Source: an uncultured Alphaproteobacteria bacterium
Lineage (GTDB): Bacteria; Pseudomonadota; Alphaproteobacteria; Rhizobiales; Beijerinckiaceae
NCBI GenBank assembly: GCA_937903315.1
Contig: CALCZO010000299.1
Span: 1 to 40,231 of the forward strand
Length of the DNA stretch: 40,231 nt
Reading direction: 5' to 3'
Each line of letters begins with the position of its first letter. The first letter of the stretch is position 1. A program made the position numbers and the translations under genes. A model generated the notes under the pieces. The model was given only the letters and a program-made list of their open reading frames with translations. It had not been told where the DNA came from and did not search any database. Of this stretch, positions 1 to 8,239 are shown piece by piece.

Positions 1-20
1 AACAAAATGTAACTTGATGG

Positions 21-638
21 CTACTCCATCACGGCGGCTTTGAGGATCACGACCATCGTGGCGCGGGCGGGCTTGTCGCCGCTGTTGCGGATGATATGTG
101 GCCGGTCGCAGCGATAGCGCAGGGTCTCGCCGGCGCGGGCCTTCTCGGTCACATCGCTGACCTCGACCTCCATCTCGCCCTCGATCACCGACAGGCATTC
201 GATCGAGCCGCGCTGGTGGGCGTCCGAATCGAGCACGCCGCCCGGCTCGGCCTTCATGTCATACCATTGCAGCCATTCGACGGTTTTCAGCCAGCCGATG
301 ATCGCCAGCCGGCATTTTCCGTCGTCCGACAGCAGGATCGGCGTGTCGCCGGCGGTGGATTTCTGCAGGAACGGTGCGTCGTCGGACTGGCCGAGAAACC
401 GATCGACCGAGACATCGAGCGCCTGCGACAGGCGCCAGATGGTTGCCAGCGTCGGATTGGTTTCGTTGCGCTCGATCTGGCTGATGATCGATTTTGCGAC
501 GCCCGATTGTTCCGAGAGTTCGGACAGGGAGAGATTGTAGGCCTTGCGCAGACGCTGGATGGTCTTGCCCAATTGGCCTGAAAGCGCCACCGCACCGGCT
601 TCAAATTCGCGGTCGCGGCTCCCCTTTTTCTCCTGCAT
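21..638 (-). CDS. XRE-family helix-turn-helix transcriptional regulator with a C-terminal cupin domain
   Basis: The N-terminus (LGKTIQRLRKAYNLSLSELSEQSGVAKSIISQIERNETNPTLATIWRLSQAL) is a classic HTH_3/XRE motif. The C-terminal ~100 aa has a beta-rich cupin-like pattern. ATG at 638-636. Confidence 0.8.
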   Translation of the reverse strand: MQEKKGSRDREFEAGAVALSGQLGKTIQRLRKAYNLSLSELSEQSGVAKSIISQIERNETNPTLATIWRLSQALDVSVDRFLGQSDDAPFLQKSTAGDTPILLSDDGKCRLAIIGWLKTVEWLQWYDMKAEPGGVLDSDAHQRGSIECLSVIEGEMEVEVSDVTEKARAGETLRYRCDRPHIIRNSGDKPARATMVVILKAAVME

Positions 639-666
639 CCGTCTTGCACCCCGGGTGGGGCGTCCT

Positions 667-692
667 TTATCGTTCGAAATACCGAACGATAA
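667..692. promoter_or_regulatory. Perfect AT-rich inverted repeat TTATCGTTCG-N6-CGAACGATAA, a candidate operator for the adjacent XRE/cupin regulator
   Basis: Read directly. The 10-bp arms are perfectly complementary and lie 29-54 nt upstream of the regulator ATG (638) and 29 nt downstream of the radical SAM gene stop (721). No T-tract follows on the transcribed strand. It is unusually AT-rich for this genome. Confidence 0.45.
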
Positions 693-720
693 TGCAGGAT
701 AAAGCGTCCGAGCGCAACCG

Positions 721-1857
721 TCAGGCCGGCGAATCCGCCCGGAATCGCGACATATCCACCTTGTGCCGCTTGCGGCCCCAGTCGCACGCCGGCCCGTCGA
801 ATACGCCCGGCAGGGCTGTCCCGCAGGTCAGGCAACGGCCCTGATCGTCCAGCCGGTAAGCGCTGATCAGGTGCCAGTCGCGCTCGATGACCCGTGTGCC
901 GCAGCAGGCGCAATAGGTCGACTGCCGGTTGAGATCGTGGACGTTGCCGACGTAAACGTGCCTGAGGCCGCAGCCAATCGCGATCGAGCGGGCGCGGGCC
1001 AGCGTCGCGGGCGGGGTGCGCGGCTTGTCCTGCATCCGGTGGTCGGGATGGAAGGCGGAGAAATGCAGCGGCACGTCGGGCGAAAGGTCGCGCGCGATCC
1101 ACCGGCACATCTCGGTCAGCTCTGCGTTCGAATCGTTCTCGCCAGGGATCAGCAGCGTCGTCAGCTCGGTCCAGACACGGGTTTCGTGCACCAGCCAGGC
1201 CAGTGTATCGAGCACGTCCCCGAGGCTGGATTTTGTCTGGCGGCGGTAGAACGCTTCGGTGAACGCCTTGAGATCGACATTGGCCGCATCCATGGCGCTG
1301 AAGAACTCGCCGCGCGCCTCCTTTGTGATGTAGCCTGCGGTGACCGCCACCGTGCGGATGCCTTCCGCCCGGCACGCGGCGGCGACATCGACGGCGTATT
1401 CGAGGAAGATCACCGGATCGTTGTAGGTGAAGGCGACGGAGCGGCACCCCAGCGCCTTTGCTGCGCGGGCGATGGCGGCGGGCGAGGCATCTTCGGCCAG
1501 CGTGTCCATCTCGCGGCTCTTGGAAATCTCGTGGTTCTGGCAGAACGAACAGGCGAGATTGCAGCCCGCCGTGCCAAAGGACAGGATCGGCGTGCCGGGC
1601 AGGAAATGGGCCAGCGGCTTTTTTTCGACCGGATCGACGGCAAATCCCGAGGATCGGCCATAGGTTGTCAGGACGATCCCGTTGCCGCGCCGGGCGCGGA
1701 CGAAGCACAGGCCGCGCTGCCCCTCGTTAAGCCGGCAGAACCGCGGGCACAGCCGGCATTCGATCCGCCCGTCATCGAGCAGCGCAAAATAGCGCCCCGG
1801 CACCTCGCCGGCGGGGCTGACATCAGGGATCGAGGCGGGCAAATCAGCGGTGTTCAT
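721..1857 (-). CDS. amrS: AmmeMemoRadiSam system radical SAM enzyme
   Basis: It carries the radical SAM CxxxCxxC motif (GCNLACSFCQNHEIS) and an N-terminal Cys-rich segment (IECRLCPRFCRLNEGQRGLCFVR) typical of this family. It is divergent from a Memo/AMMECR1 ORF. The ATG at 1857 is preferred over the TTG at 1860. Confidence 0.8.
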   Translation of the reverse strand: MNTADLPASIPDVSPAGEVPGRYFALLDDGRIECRLCPRFCRLNEGQRGLCFVRARRGNGIVLTTYGRSSGFAVDPVEKKPLAHFLPGTPILSFGTAGCNLACSFCQNHEISKSREMDTLAEDASPAAIARAAKALGCRSVAFTYNDPVIFLEYAVDVAAACRAEGIRTVAVTAGYITKEARGEFFSAMDAANVDLKAFTEAFYRRQTKSSLGDVLDTLAWLVHETRVWTELTTLLIPGENDSNAELTEMCRWIARDLSPDVPLHFSAFHPDHRMQDKPRTPPATLARARSIAIGCGLRHVYVGNVHDLNRQSTYCACCGTRVIERDWHLISAYRLDDQGRCLTCGTALPGVFDGPACDWGRKRHKVDMSRFRADSPA

Positions 1858-1872
1858 CAAAAATAAACCATA

Positions 1873-3339
1873 GTGACCTTTTCTGAATGCTGCAAAGCTC
1901 CGATCCGGATGGCCGACATGCTCGCCGCTTCACGCGAACCCGAAACGTCCGGGATCTTCCTGCCGCAGGTGGCAGGGTCGTTCTATCCTGCCGAGCCTGC
2001 CGCGCTGGGCGCGCAGTTGCGGCGCTGCCTTGTCGCGGGGCGGCGCTCGTCCATCGCCCATCCCAAGATGGTGATCGCGCCGCATGCCGGGCTGGCCTAT
2101 TCCGGCGGCGTTGCCGCATCGGCCTTTTCCGGGCTGTCGGCGCGCTCGGGCATCATCCGCCGCGTCGTGCTGTTTGGCCCGGCTCATCGCCATGCCTTCC
2201 GTGGGCTGGCGCTCAATCCGGCCAGGGCCTGGCGGACGCCGCTGGGTGACGTGCCGGTCGACATCCTGATGCAGCGTCGGCTCAAGGCGATGGCTGAGGT
2301 GACGGTCACCGAGACGCCATTCATCGGCGAGCATTCGCTGGAGGTCCTGCTGCCTTTCCTGCAGGTGTCGCTGACGTCCTTCGAAATCGTGCCGGTGCTG
2401 GTCGGGGATGCGAGTGCCGATGTCGTGGCCGATGCGCTCGAACGGATCTGGGGTGGGCCGGAAACGCTGATCGTCATCTCCTCGGACCTGTCGCATTTCA
2501 TGGCCGAGCAGGCGGCCAAGGACCATGACAGTTCAACGCGCCGGCTGATCGAGATGATGGCCGGCGACCAGATCACGGCGGACCGGGCCTGCGGCCATCG
2601 CCCGATTGCCGGCGCGCTCAAGCGGGCGCGGGCGCTCGATCTGCGCATTACCGGCACCGATTTCACCACGTCGGGTGACGTCACCGGCCAGCATGACCGC
2701 GTCGTCGGCTACGGAGCCTTCGCCTTCGAATATGCAGGGCAGGCGCGGCTGGCCGAACAGGAGCGGTCCTTGCTGCTGAGTACAGCGGGACGCGCGCTGG
2801 CCCATGCTGTGGCCCATGGCGGCCATGCGCCGAAGCTGACTGTCAATGGCCCGCTGCCGCTGACGATGTCGGCGATGCGTGCGACATTCGTGACGCTGGA
2901 AAAGAACCAGCGCCTGCGCGGCTGCATCGGCTCGCTCCAACCGCAGCGACCGCTGCTGCCCGATGTCGTGGCCAATACCATCAAGGCCGGTTTTTCCGAT
3001 CCACGGTTCCCGACCCTGCTGGCCGATGAGCTTGGCGACCTCGATCTGTCGGTGTCGATCCTGTCGCATCCGCGCGTTATCGAGGTTGACAGCGAGCCGG
3101 CGCTGATCGCCGCGCTTTCGCCGGATCGCGACGGGCTGATCATTGCCGATCAGGGCCGCAGTGCGCTGTTCCTGCCGCAGGTCTGGGCGCAGATTCCCGA
3201 TCCGCGCATCTTCCTGACCGCGCTTCGCCAAAAGGCCGGAATGAAAGCAGACCATTGGTCGCCGACCTTCCGCGCCCAGCGCTTCACGGTCGAGAAATTC
3301 GGCGCACCACTCAGCGCGTTGCTCGCCCGCACCTCGTAA
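1873..3339 (+). CDS. Fusion protein: AmmeMemoRadiSam system protein B (Memo-like) plus protein A (AMMECR1-like)
   Basis: The N-terminal half (VIAPHAGLAYSGGVAASAF ... IVISSDLSHF) is Memo-like. The C-terminal half (ATFVTLEKNQRLRGCIGSLQPQRPLLPDVVANTIKAGFSDPRFP) is the AMMECR1 signature. It is one uninterrupted ORF. The start is uncertain: GTG 1873 or ATG 1909. Confidence 0.8.
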   Translation: MTFSECCKAPIRMADMLAASREPETSGIFLPQVAGSFYPAEPAALGAQLRRCLVAGRRSSIAHPKMVIAPHAGLAYSGGVAASAFSGLSARSGIIRRVVLFGPAHRHAFRGLALNPARAWRTPLGDVPVDILMQRRLKAMAEVTVTETPFIGEHSLEVLLPFLQVSLTSFEIVPVLVGDASADVVADALERIWGGPETLIVISSDLSHFMAEQAAKDHDSSTRRLIEMMAGDQITADRACGHRPIAGALKRARALDLRITGTDFTTSGDVTGQHDRVVGYGAFAFEYAGQARLAEQERSLLLSTAGRALAHAVAHGGHAPKLTVNGPLPLTMSAMRATFVTLEKNQRLRGCIGSLQPQRPLLPDVVANTIKAGFSDPRFPTLLADELGDLDLSVSILSHPRVIEVDSEPALIAALSPDRDGLIIADQGRSALFLPQVWAQIPDPRIFLTALRQKAGMKADHWSPTFRAQRFTVEKFGAPLSALLARTS

Positions 3340-3342
3340 GCG

Positions 3343-4407
3343 TCAGTCCTCGCTCATCATCGCCGCGCCGACAGCGCCCACCTTGCGCCAGGCGGCCGTC
3401 TGCGCGCGGAAAGCGGTCATCGAGGCATGGATCCGGCCGGACAACGCCGACTTTGCCGCCAGCCCGGCGACAATATCCGCCGCGGCTGTGCGGGCCGCGG
3501 CCATGACGTCGGCGGGAAAGCGCTCCAGTCTGATGCCGTGGGTGGTGATGAGATCGATCAGCGCCGCGCCGTTCAGCGCCTCGGCCTCAGCAAGGCCGCG
3601 GGCATGGGCCTCGGCACTGGCCACCACAACCATTGCGCGCAGGTCAGCCGGCAAGGCCTCGAAGGCGGCCCGGTTGACGATCAGTTCAGCGGCACCATTC
3701 GGCTTGTTGAACCCCGGCGCATAGTAATGCGGCGCCACGCGCGCAAAGCCGAGCGGCGCGTCGTTCATCGGGCCGAGAAACTCGACGCCGTCGACCACGC
3801 CGGTCGACAGGGCGGGCAGGATATCGGCTGGCGGAATCGACAGGCCGGTGGCGCCGAGCGCCTGCCAGACCTCCGCGCCCAGCCCCTGCACGCGCAGGCG
3901 CAGACCCTTGACATCGGCCAGGGCAGTCACCGGCTTCTTGAACCAGCCGCCCATGGTCGGGCCGGTGTTGCCGGCCAGAAAGGCGCGGACGCCGAAGGCA
4001 CCGTAAAGCTCGTCCCACAGCGCCTGACCGCCGCCGCGCTCGATCCAGGCCTGATGCTCGATCGGGCCGGGGCCGAACGGAATAGTGGTGAAAAACGCCG
4101 ACGCCGGCATCTTGCCAACCCAGTAGAACGCGGCCGAATGGCCCATTTCGACCGCGCCATTGGCCACCGTGTCGAGCACCTGCAACCCGGACACGATCTC
4201 GCCGGCGCCGAAGACCGAGATGTCCAGCCGACCGTCCGACAGTTCTGCGACGCGGCGGGCGATATGCGCCGCTGCCGTGCCGGGCCCGGGCAGGTTGCGG
4301 CTCCACGACGTGGCCATGCGCCAGCGGATGCGGCCCTGGGCCAGTGCCGGAGCGGCCAGAGCCGCCGGCGGGGCGGCCAGCAGGGTGCGGCGGGTCAGCG
4401 TGCTCAT
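3343..4407 (-). CDS. TRAP-type (DctP-family) periplasmic solute-binding protein with a Tat-like signal; orphan, with no DctQ/DctM genes nearby
   Basis: MSTLTRRTLLAAPPAALAAPALAQG is a twin-arginine-type signal. WRMATSW..LPGPGT...EMGHSAAFYWVGK resembles the DctP-family (TRAP solute-binding) pattern. The ATG at 4407 lies 1 nt after the thiD stop (4409). The track ORF extends upstream to 4554, but that extension overlaps thiD. Confidence 0.75.
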   Translation of the reverse strand: MSTLTRRTLLAAPPAALAAPALAQGRIRWRMATSWSRNLPGPGTAAAHIARRVAELSDGRLDISVFGAGEIVSGLQVLDTVANGAVEMGHSAAFYWVGKMPASAFFTTIPFGPGPIEHQAWIERGGGQALWDELYGAFGVRAFLAGNTGPTMGGWFKKPVTALADVKGLRLRVQGLGAEVWQALGATGLSIPPADILPALSTGVVDGVEFLGPMNDAPLGFARVAPHYYAPGFNKPNGAAELIVNRAAFEALPADLRAMVVVASAEAHARGLAEAEALNGAALIDLITTHGIRLERFPADVMAAARTAAADIVAGLAAKSALSGRIHASMTAFRAQTAAWRKVGAVGAAMMSED

Positions 4408-4408
4408 G

Positions 4409-5209
4409 TCACCACCACGCGTGGAAGTGATGCGTTGGCCCATGACCATGGCCGACGCCGAGCCGGTCGGCAGCGGCGATGGCGGCGCTGACATAGGCCT
4501 TTGCGGCGCGGACCGCGTCCTGAAGGGGCTTGCCGAGCGCCAGATGCGCGGCAATCGCGCTCGACAGGGTGCAGCCGGTGCCGTGGGTGTTGCGGGTCGG
4601 CAGGCGCGGCGCGGCGAGGCGGGTCAGACCCTCGCCGGTCAGCAGCAGGTCAACCGCTTCGGCACTGGTGCCATGGCCGCCCTTGACCAGCACGGCGCGC
4701 GGGCCGAGCCGGAGCAGCGCTTCGGCCTGCCGTGCCATCGCTGTCTCGTCGCCGGCCATCGACGTGCCGAGCAGGGCTGCGGCTTCGTGCAGGTTGGGCG
4801 TGATCAGCAGCGCACGCGGGATCAGCACGGATTTCAGCGCCTCGATCGCTGCGTCGGCCAGCAGCCTGTCGCCGGAGGTGGCGACCATCACCGGATCAAG
4901 CACGATGGTGGTCGCGCCATGCCGGTCGAGACCGTTGGCGACCGTTTCGATCACCGCAACCTGCGACAGCATGCCGATTTTCACCGTATCGATGCGCAGA
5001 TCGGAGAATACGCTGTCCATCTGGGCGGCGATGAAAGCGGGCGGGACATCGTGGATCGCGTCGACGCCGCGCGTGTTCTGTGCCGTCAGCGCGGTGATGA
5101 CCGAAGCGCCATAGACGCCATTGGCCGAAAACGCCTTCAGATCGGCCTGAATGCCGGCGCCGCCGCCCGAATCCGAGCCGGCGATGGTGAGCGCGATGCG
5201 TGCGGTCAT
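4409..5209 (-). CDS. thiD: Hydroxymethylpyrimidine/phosphomethylpyrimidine kinase
   Basis: IALTIAGSDSGGGAGIQADLKAFSANGVYGASVITALTAQNTRGV is a canonical ThiD N-terminus. The gene sits in an operon with thiE and thiM. Confidence 0.9.
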   Translation of the reverse strand: MTARIALTIAGSDSGGGAGIQADLKAFSANGVYGASVITALTAQNTRGVDAIHDVPPAFIAAQMDSVFSDLRIDTVKIGMLSQVAVIETVANGLDRHGATTIVLDPVMVATSGDRLLADAAIEALKSVLIPRALLITPNLHEAAALLGTSMAGDETAMARQAEALLRLGPRAVLVKGGHGTSAEAVDLLLTGEGLTRLAAPRLPTRNTHGTGCTLSSAIAAHLALGKPLQDAVRAAKAYVSAAIAAADRLGVGHGHGPTHHFHAWW

Positions 5210-5211
5210 CG

Positions 5212-5865
5212 TCAGACCTCCCGTCCGGCACGTGCCGTCCTGACAATCGCGGCGAGGGTGGCGGTGGCGGCGGTCACGTCATCGGCCATGAACAGCGCCG
5301 AGATGACGGCGACGCCATCCGCGCCAGCAGCGATGACGGCGGCCGCGTTGCCATGGTCGATCCCGGCGATGGCGCCGACCGGCAGACCGGAGGCGCGGGC
5401 GAGGGCGCGCAGCCGGGCCAGCCCGTCAAGGCCGACCGGGGCGGCGGGGTTGTCCTTGCTGAGCGTGGCAAACACGCCACCGATGCAGCCGTAGTCAACC
5501 ACCGATGGATCGAGCCCGGCGAGATCGCCTTCATCCTTGAGCGTTACGCCGATGATCGCCTTTGGCCCCAGAAGCCGGCGCGCGTCCTTGCCCGTCATAT
5601 CCTCCTTGCCGACATGCACGCCATCGGCACCGGCGGCCAGCGCGACATCGACACGGTCATTGATCAGCAGCGGGATGCGCCCTGAGATGGCGGCTTTCAC
5701 CTCGCGCGCCCGGTCGATGAACAGGCGGGTGCCGGCGTGCTTGTCACGCAGTTGCAGGAGTGTCGCGCCGCCGCGCACCGCCGCATCGGCCAGAGCGCCA
5801 AGCGGGCGACCGCGCGTGCGTTCGGGATCGAGAATGGCATAGACGGCAAGATCAACCGGGGTCAT
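5212..5865 (-). CDS. thiE: Thiamine-phosphate synthase
   Basis: The protein has a ThiE-like TIM barrel (LLQLRDK..., INDRVDVALAAGADGVHVGKEDM, GGVFATLSK). The ATG at 5865 overlaps the thiM stop (ATGA, 5862-5865). Confidence 0.88.
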   Translation of the reverse strand: MTPVDLAVYAILDPERTRGRPLGALADAAVRGGATLLQLRDKHAGTRLFIDRAREVKAAISGRIPLLINDRVDVALAAGADGVHVGKEDMTGKDARRLLGPKAIIGVTLKDEGDLAGLDPSVVDYGCIGGVFATLSKDNPAAPVGLDGLARLRALARASGLPVGAIAGIDHGNAAAVIAAGADGVAVISALFMADDVTAATATLAAIVRTARAGREV

Positions 5866-6599
5866 GCGATGCGGCCTTTCCTGAGGATCGTGTCGCCGTC
5901 GAGGGCGGCGAGGCAATCATAAAGCGCTGTTGAAAAGCTGCCGGGGCCGGCGCTGCGGGCGGCCGCCTGCTCGATGGCGATGCCATAAGCGGTGACGGCG
6001 GCGGCTGCTGCGGTCAAGGGATCGTCACAACGGGCAAGGCAGGCGGCAATCACCGCGCCGAGGGCGCAGCCGATGGCGGTGACACGGCCGGCGAGCGGAT
6101 GGCCGTTGCTGACGATCAGGCGATGCGCGCCAAGCATCAACTGGTCCTGACTGCCGGTGATGATGCGCAGCGTGCCGGCAGGTGCGTCATCGGCCAACGC
6201 TGCCTCGCGCCCGTTGGCCTTGAGGACGGCGGGACCAAGCGCCAGCAGATCGCGCGTCCGCTGGCACCGGGAGGGCGAAACCTCGGCAAACACCGGATCG
6301 AGAACCCAGGGCCGGTTCAGCCGCATGGCTTCGGCTGTCGCGACGGTGATGGCCATGTCGCGCATCGAATCGAGCATGCCGAGGTTGATCAGAAGAGCGT
6401 CAGTTGCGGCGACGAACGCGGCCACTTCGCCCGGATTGACGGTCAGGGATGGGCGTATGCCGAGCGCGAGCAGGGTGTTGGCGGTCCGTTCCGCCGCCAC
6501 CGGGCTGGTGATGACATGCACGGCCGGCGGATCGGCCCGCAGCCGGTCGAACACGGCGGCCATGCTGGCAAGATCGGGGAGCGGAGCCGTCCGGTCCAT
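5862..6599 (-). CDS. thiM: Hydroxyethylthiazole kinase
   Basis: VHVITSPVAAERTANTLLALGIRPSLTVNPGEVAAFVAATDALLINLGML is a typical ThiM N-terminus. The gene lies immediately downstream of a THI element. Confidence 0.88.
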   Translation of the reverse strand: MDRTAPLPDLASMAAVFDRLRADPPAVHVITSPVAAERTANTLLALGIRPSLTVNPGEVAAFVAATDALLINLGMLDSMRDMAITVATAEAMRLNRPWVLDPVFAEVSPSRCQRTRDLLALGPAVLKANGREAALADDAPAGTLRIITGSQDQLMLGAHRLIVSNGHPLAGRVTAIGCALGAVIAACLARCDDPLTAAAAAVTAYGIAIEQAAARSAGPGSFSTALYDCLAALDGDTILRKGRIA

Positions 6600-6602
6600 G
6601 CT

Positions 6603-6700
6603 TTCCTCCGCCGGGATGATCCGGGTCAGGTTCCACGGGTTGGCGTCGATCGCCTCTCAGCCCCGGATCGATCCGGGGCACCCCGAGCAGGTTCTGACTA
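6603..6700 (-). promoter_or_regulatory. TPP (THI-box) riboswitch in the thiM leader
   Basis: The minus strand reads ...CTGCTCGGGGTGCCCCGGATCGATCCGGGGCTGAGAGGCGATCGACGCCAACCCGTGGAACCTGACCCGGATCATCCCGGCGGAGGAAAGCATG. It contains the conserved GGGGTGC, CTGAGA, ACCC, AACCTGA and GGATCAT-CCGGCG-AGGAA blocks. The 3' end includes the thiM SD (GGAGGAAAG) directly before the ATG, which suggests translational control. Confidence 0.85.
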
Positions 6701-6738
6701 GCTAATCGCGTGCGATGCGCATTGCAACGGTCAAACCG

Positions 6739-7782
6739 TCACAAAGGCCGCGTCGGCGCTGCCTCGCGCTGGCGGCGGCGCTCGATGCCCAGCGCCCGCT
6801 CGCGCAGGATGACGAAAATGCCCGAAGCAATCACGACTGCCGCGCCGACCAGAACCAGAGTCTGCGGCAACTGGTCGAAGATCAGCCAAGACAGCAGCAG
6901 CGCCCAGATCATCGAGGTGTAATCAAACGGCGCAATCACCGAGGCATCGGCATAGCGGTAGCAATGGGTCATCAGGATCTGGCCGACGCCGCCGAGCAGG
7001 CCGATGGCGGCGAGATGGGCAAAATCGCTGGCCGGGGGCCAGACCCAGACATAGGCCGGATCGATCTGTCCCAGGGCAACGGAAAACAGCGACAGCGTTG
7101 TCGTGGTCAGCGAGAAATAGACGACGATGGCACCGGTGTGCTCGGTGGCGGTGAGCCGGCGCACCTCGATCATCGCGAAGGCCGAGCAGGTGGCTGCGGC
7201 AAGCCCGAAGGCGATGCCCTTCCATGTTCCCGGCCCGGCGGCTGCTGCACCGCCGAATGCGGAAAGATGGGGCACCAGCATGATCAGCACGCCGATGAAG
7301 CCGATCACCACCGCCGTCCAGCGATAGATACGCACCACTTCCTTGAGGATCAGCCATGCGAGAAAGACGTTGAGCAGCGGCGTGGCATAGCTCAGCGCCG
7401 TCGCATCGGCCAGCGGCAGGAACTGCAGCGTGGCGAAGCCAAGCACCATGCCGAGCGAGCCGATGAAGCCGCGCCGGATGTGCCCCTTGAGGTTTCTGGT
7501 GGCGAACGCCGCCGACAGCGGCCGCGCATAGGCCAGCCACAGCAGCACCGGGATCAACGCGAACAGCGACCGGAGAAAGACGATCTCGCCGATCGGGTAG
7601 GCATGGAGCAGCCCGCCCGCGAGCACGAATTTGACCAGCGCCGACATCGCCGTGAAGGCCAGCGCGGACAGGACTTTCAGCATGATGCCGAAGGCCGGGC
7701 GCTGCGGCGGCCGCGAACCGGTCTCCGGTGGGGCCGGGTCGTGTCCGTTCGGGGGCTGTGTCTCGGGCGATTCCGCTGCCAT
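6739..7782 (-). CDS. DMT-superfamily (EamA/RhaT-like) permease
   Basis: About 10 hydrophobic segments in a duplicated EamA-like pattern (LKVLSALAFTAMSALVKF...). The substrate cannot be determined. Confidence 0.75.
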   Translation of the reverse strand: MAAESPETQPPNGHDPAPPETGSRPPQRPAFGIMLKVLSALAFTAMSALVKFVLAGGLLHAYPIGEIVFLRSLFALIPVLLWLAYARPLSAAFATRNLKGHIRRGFIGSLGMVLGFATLQFLPLADATALSYATPLLNVFLAWLILKEVVRIYRWTAVVIGFIGVLIMLVPHLSAFGGAAAAGPGTWKGIAFGLAAATCSAFAMIEVRRLTATEHTGAIVVYFSLTTTTLSLFSVALGQIDPAYVWVWPPASDFAHLAAIGLLGGVGQILMTHCYRYADASVIAPFDYTSMIWALLLSWLIFDQLPQTLVLVGAAVVIASGIFVILRERALGIERRRQREAAPTRPL

Positions 7783-7792
7783 GAGACAGAGG

Positions 7793-8110
7793 TTAGCGGA
7801 ACATCCTCAGGCGCGCATCAACCGATAGGGCATCGATGGCACTCATCGGCGGGTTGGCGTCCGGCGAAGGAGGCACCGGCTGGACCATGGCGGGCTCCGG
7901 ACGGCCGGGGGGCGTTGCAGCCAACGGAGCGGGCACCAGCACTGCTTCCAGCCGCGCAATGGCGCCGAGCACGCGCTCAGTCTCGGCATGACGGTTGCGG
8001 CGGGCGAATTCGGCAAGGAACCAGCGGCCGCGCTCGGTCTCCATGACAGCCGACAGGATGGCGATGAAGTCATCCTGTTCTGGCGAGGGGGCAGGCGAGG
8101 CATCGGACAT
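7793..8110 (-). CDS. Small hypothetical protein (105 aa)
   Basis: Only the last 105 codons of track ORF 7793..9454 are credible, because the rest is antisense to the mlaE-like gene. ATG at 8110. The peptide is MSDASPAPSPEQDDFIAILSAVMETERGRWFLAEFARRNRHAETERVLGAIARLEAVL, followed by a Pro-rich tail. It ends 10 nt upstream of the DMT gene. I did not recognise a family. Confidence 0.5.
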   Translation of the reverse strand: MSDASPAPSPEQDDFIAILSAVMETERGRWFLAEFARRNRHAETERVLGAIARLEAVLVPAPLAATPPGRPEPAMVQPVPPSPDANPPMSAIDALSVDARLRMFR

Positions 8111-8239
8111 GGAACGACCGTCGGACTGTGAACCGTGAAGACCACACTCTGGCCGAATATGGTTAACGCCCCGTCGCCGCGCCGCTCGGTCACCTTGGTA
8201 ACAGTTGGCGTCGCAGGCCGGCGCCGGTAAGGTTGCCGC

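Noticed and set aside
287-1708. A 473-aa minus-strand ORF overlapping the XRE regulator and the radical SAM gene
   Set aside because: It is out of frame with two well-supported genes on the same strand, and its translation is Arg/Pro-rich low complexity.
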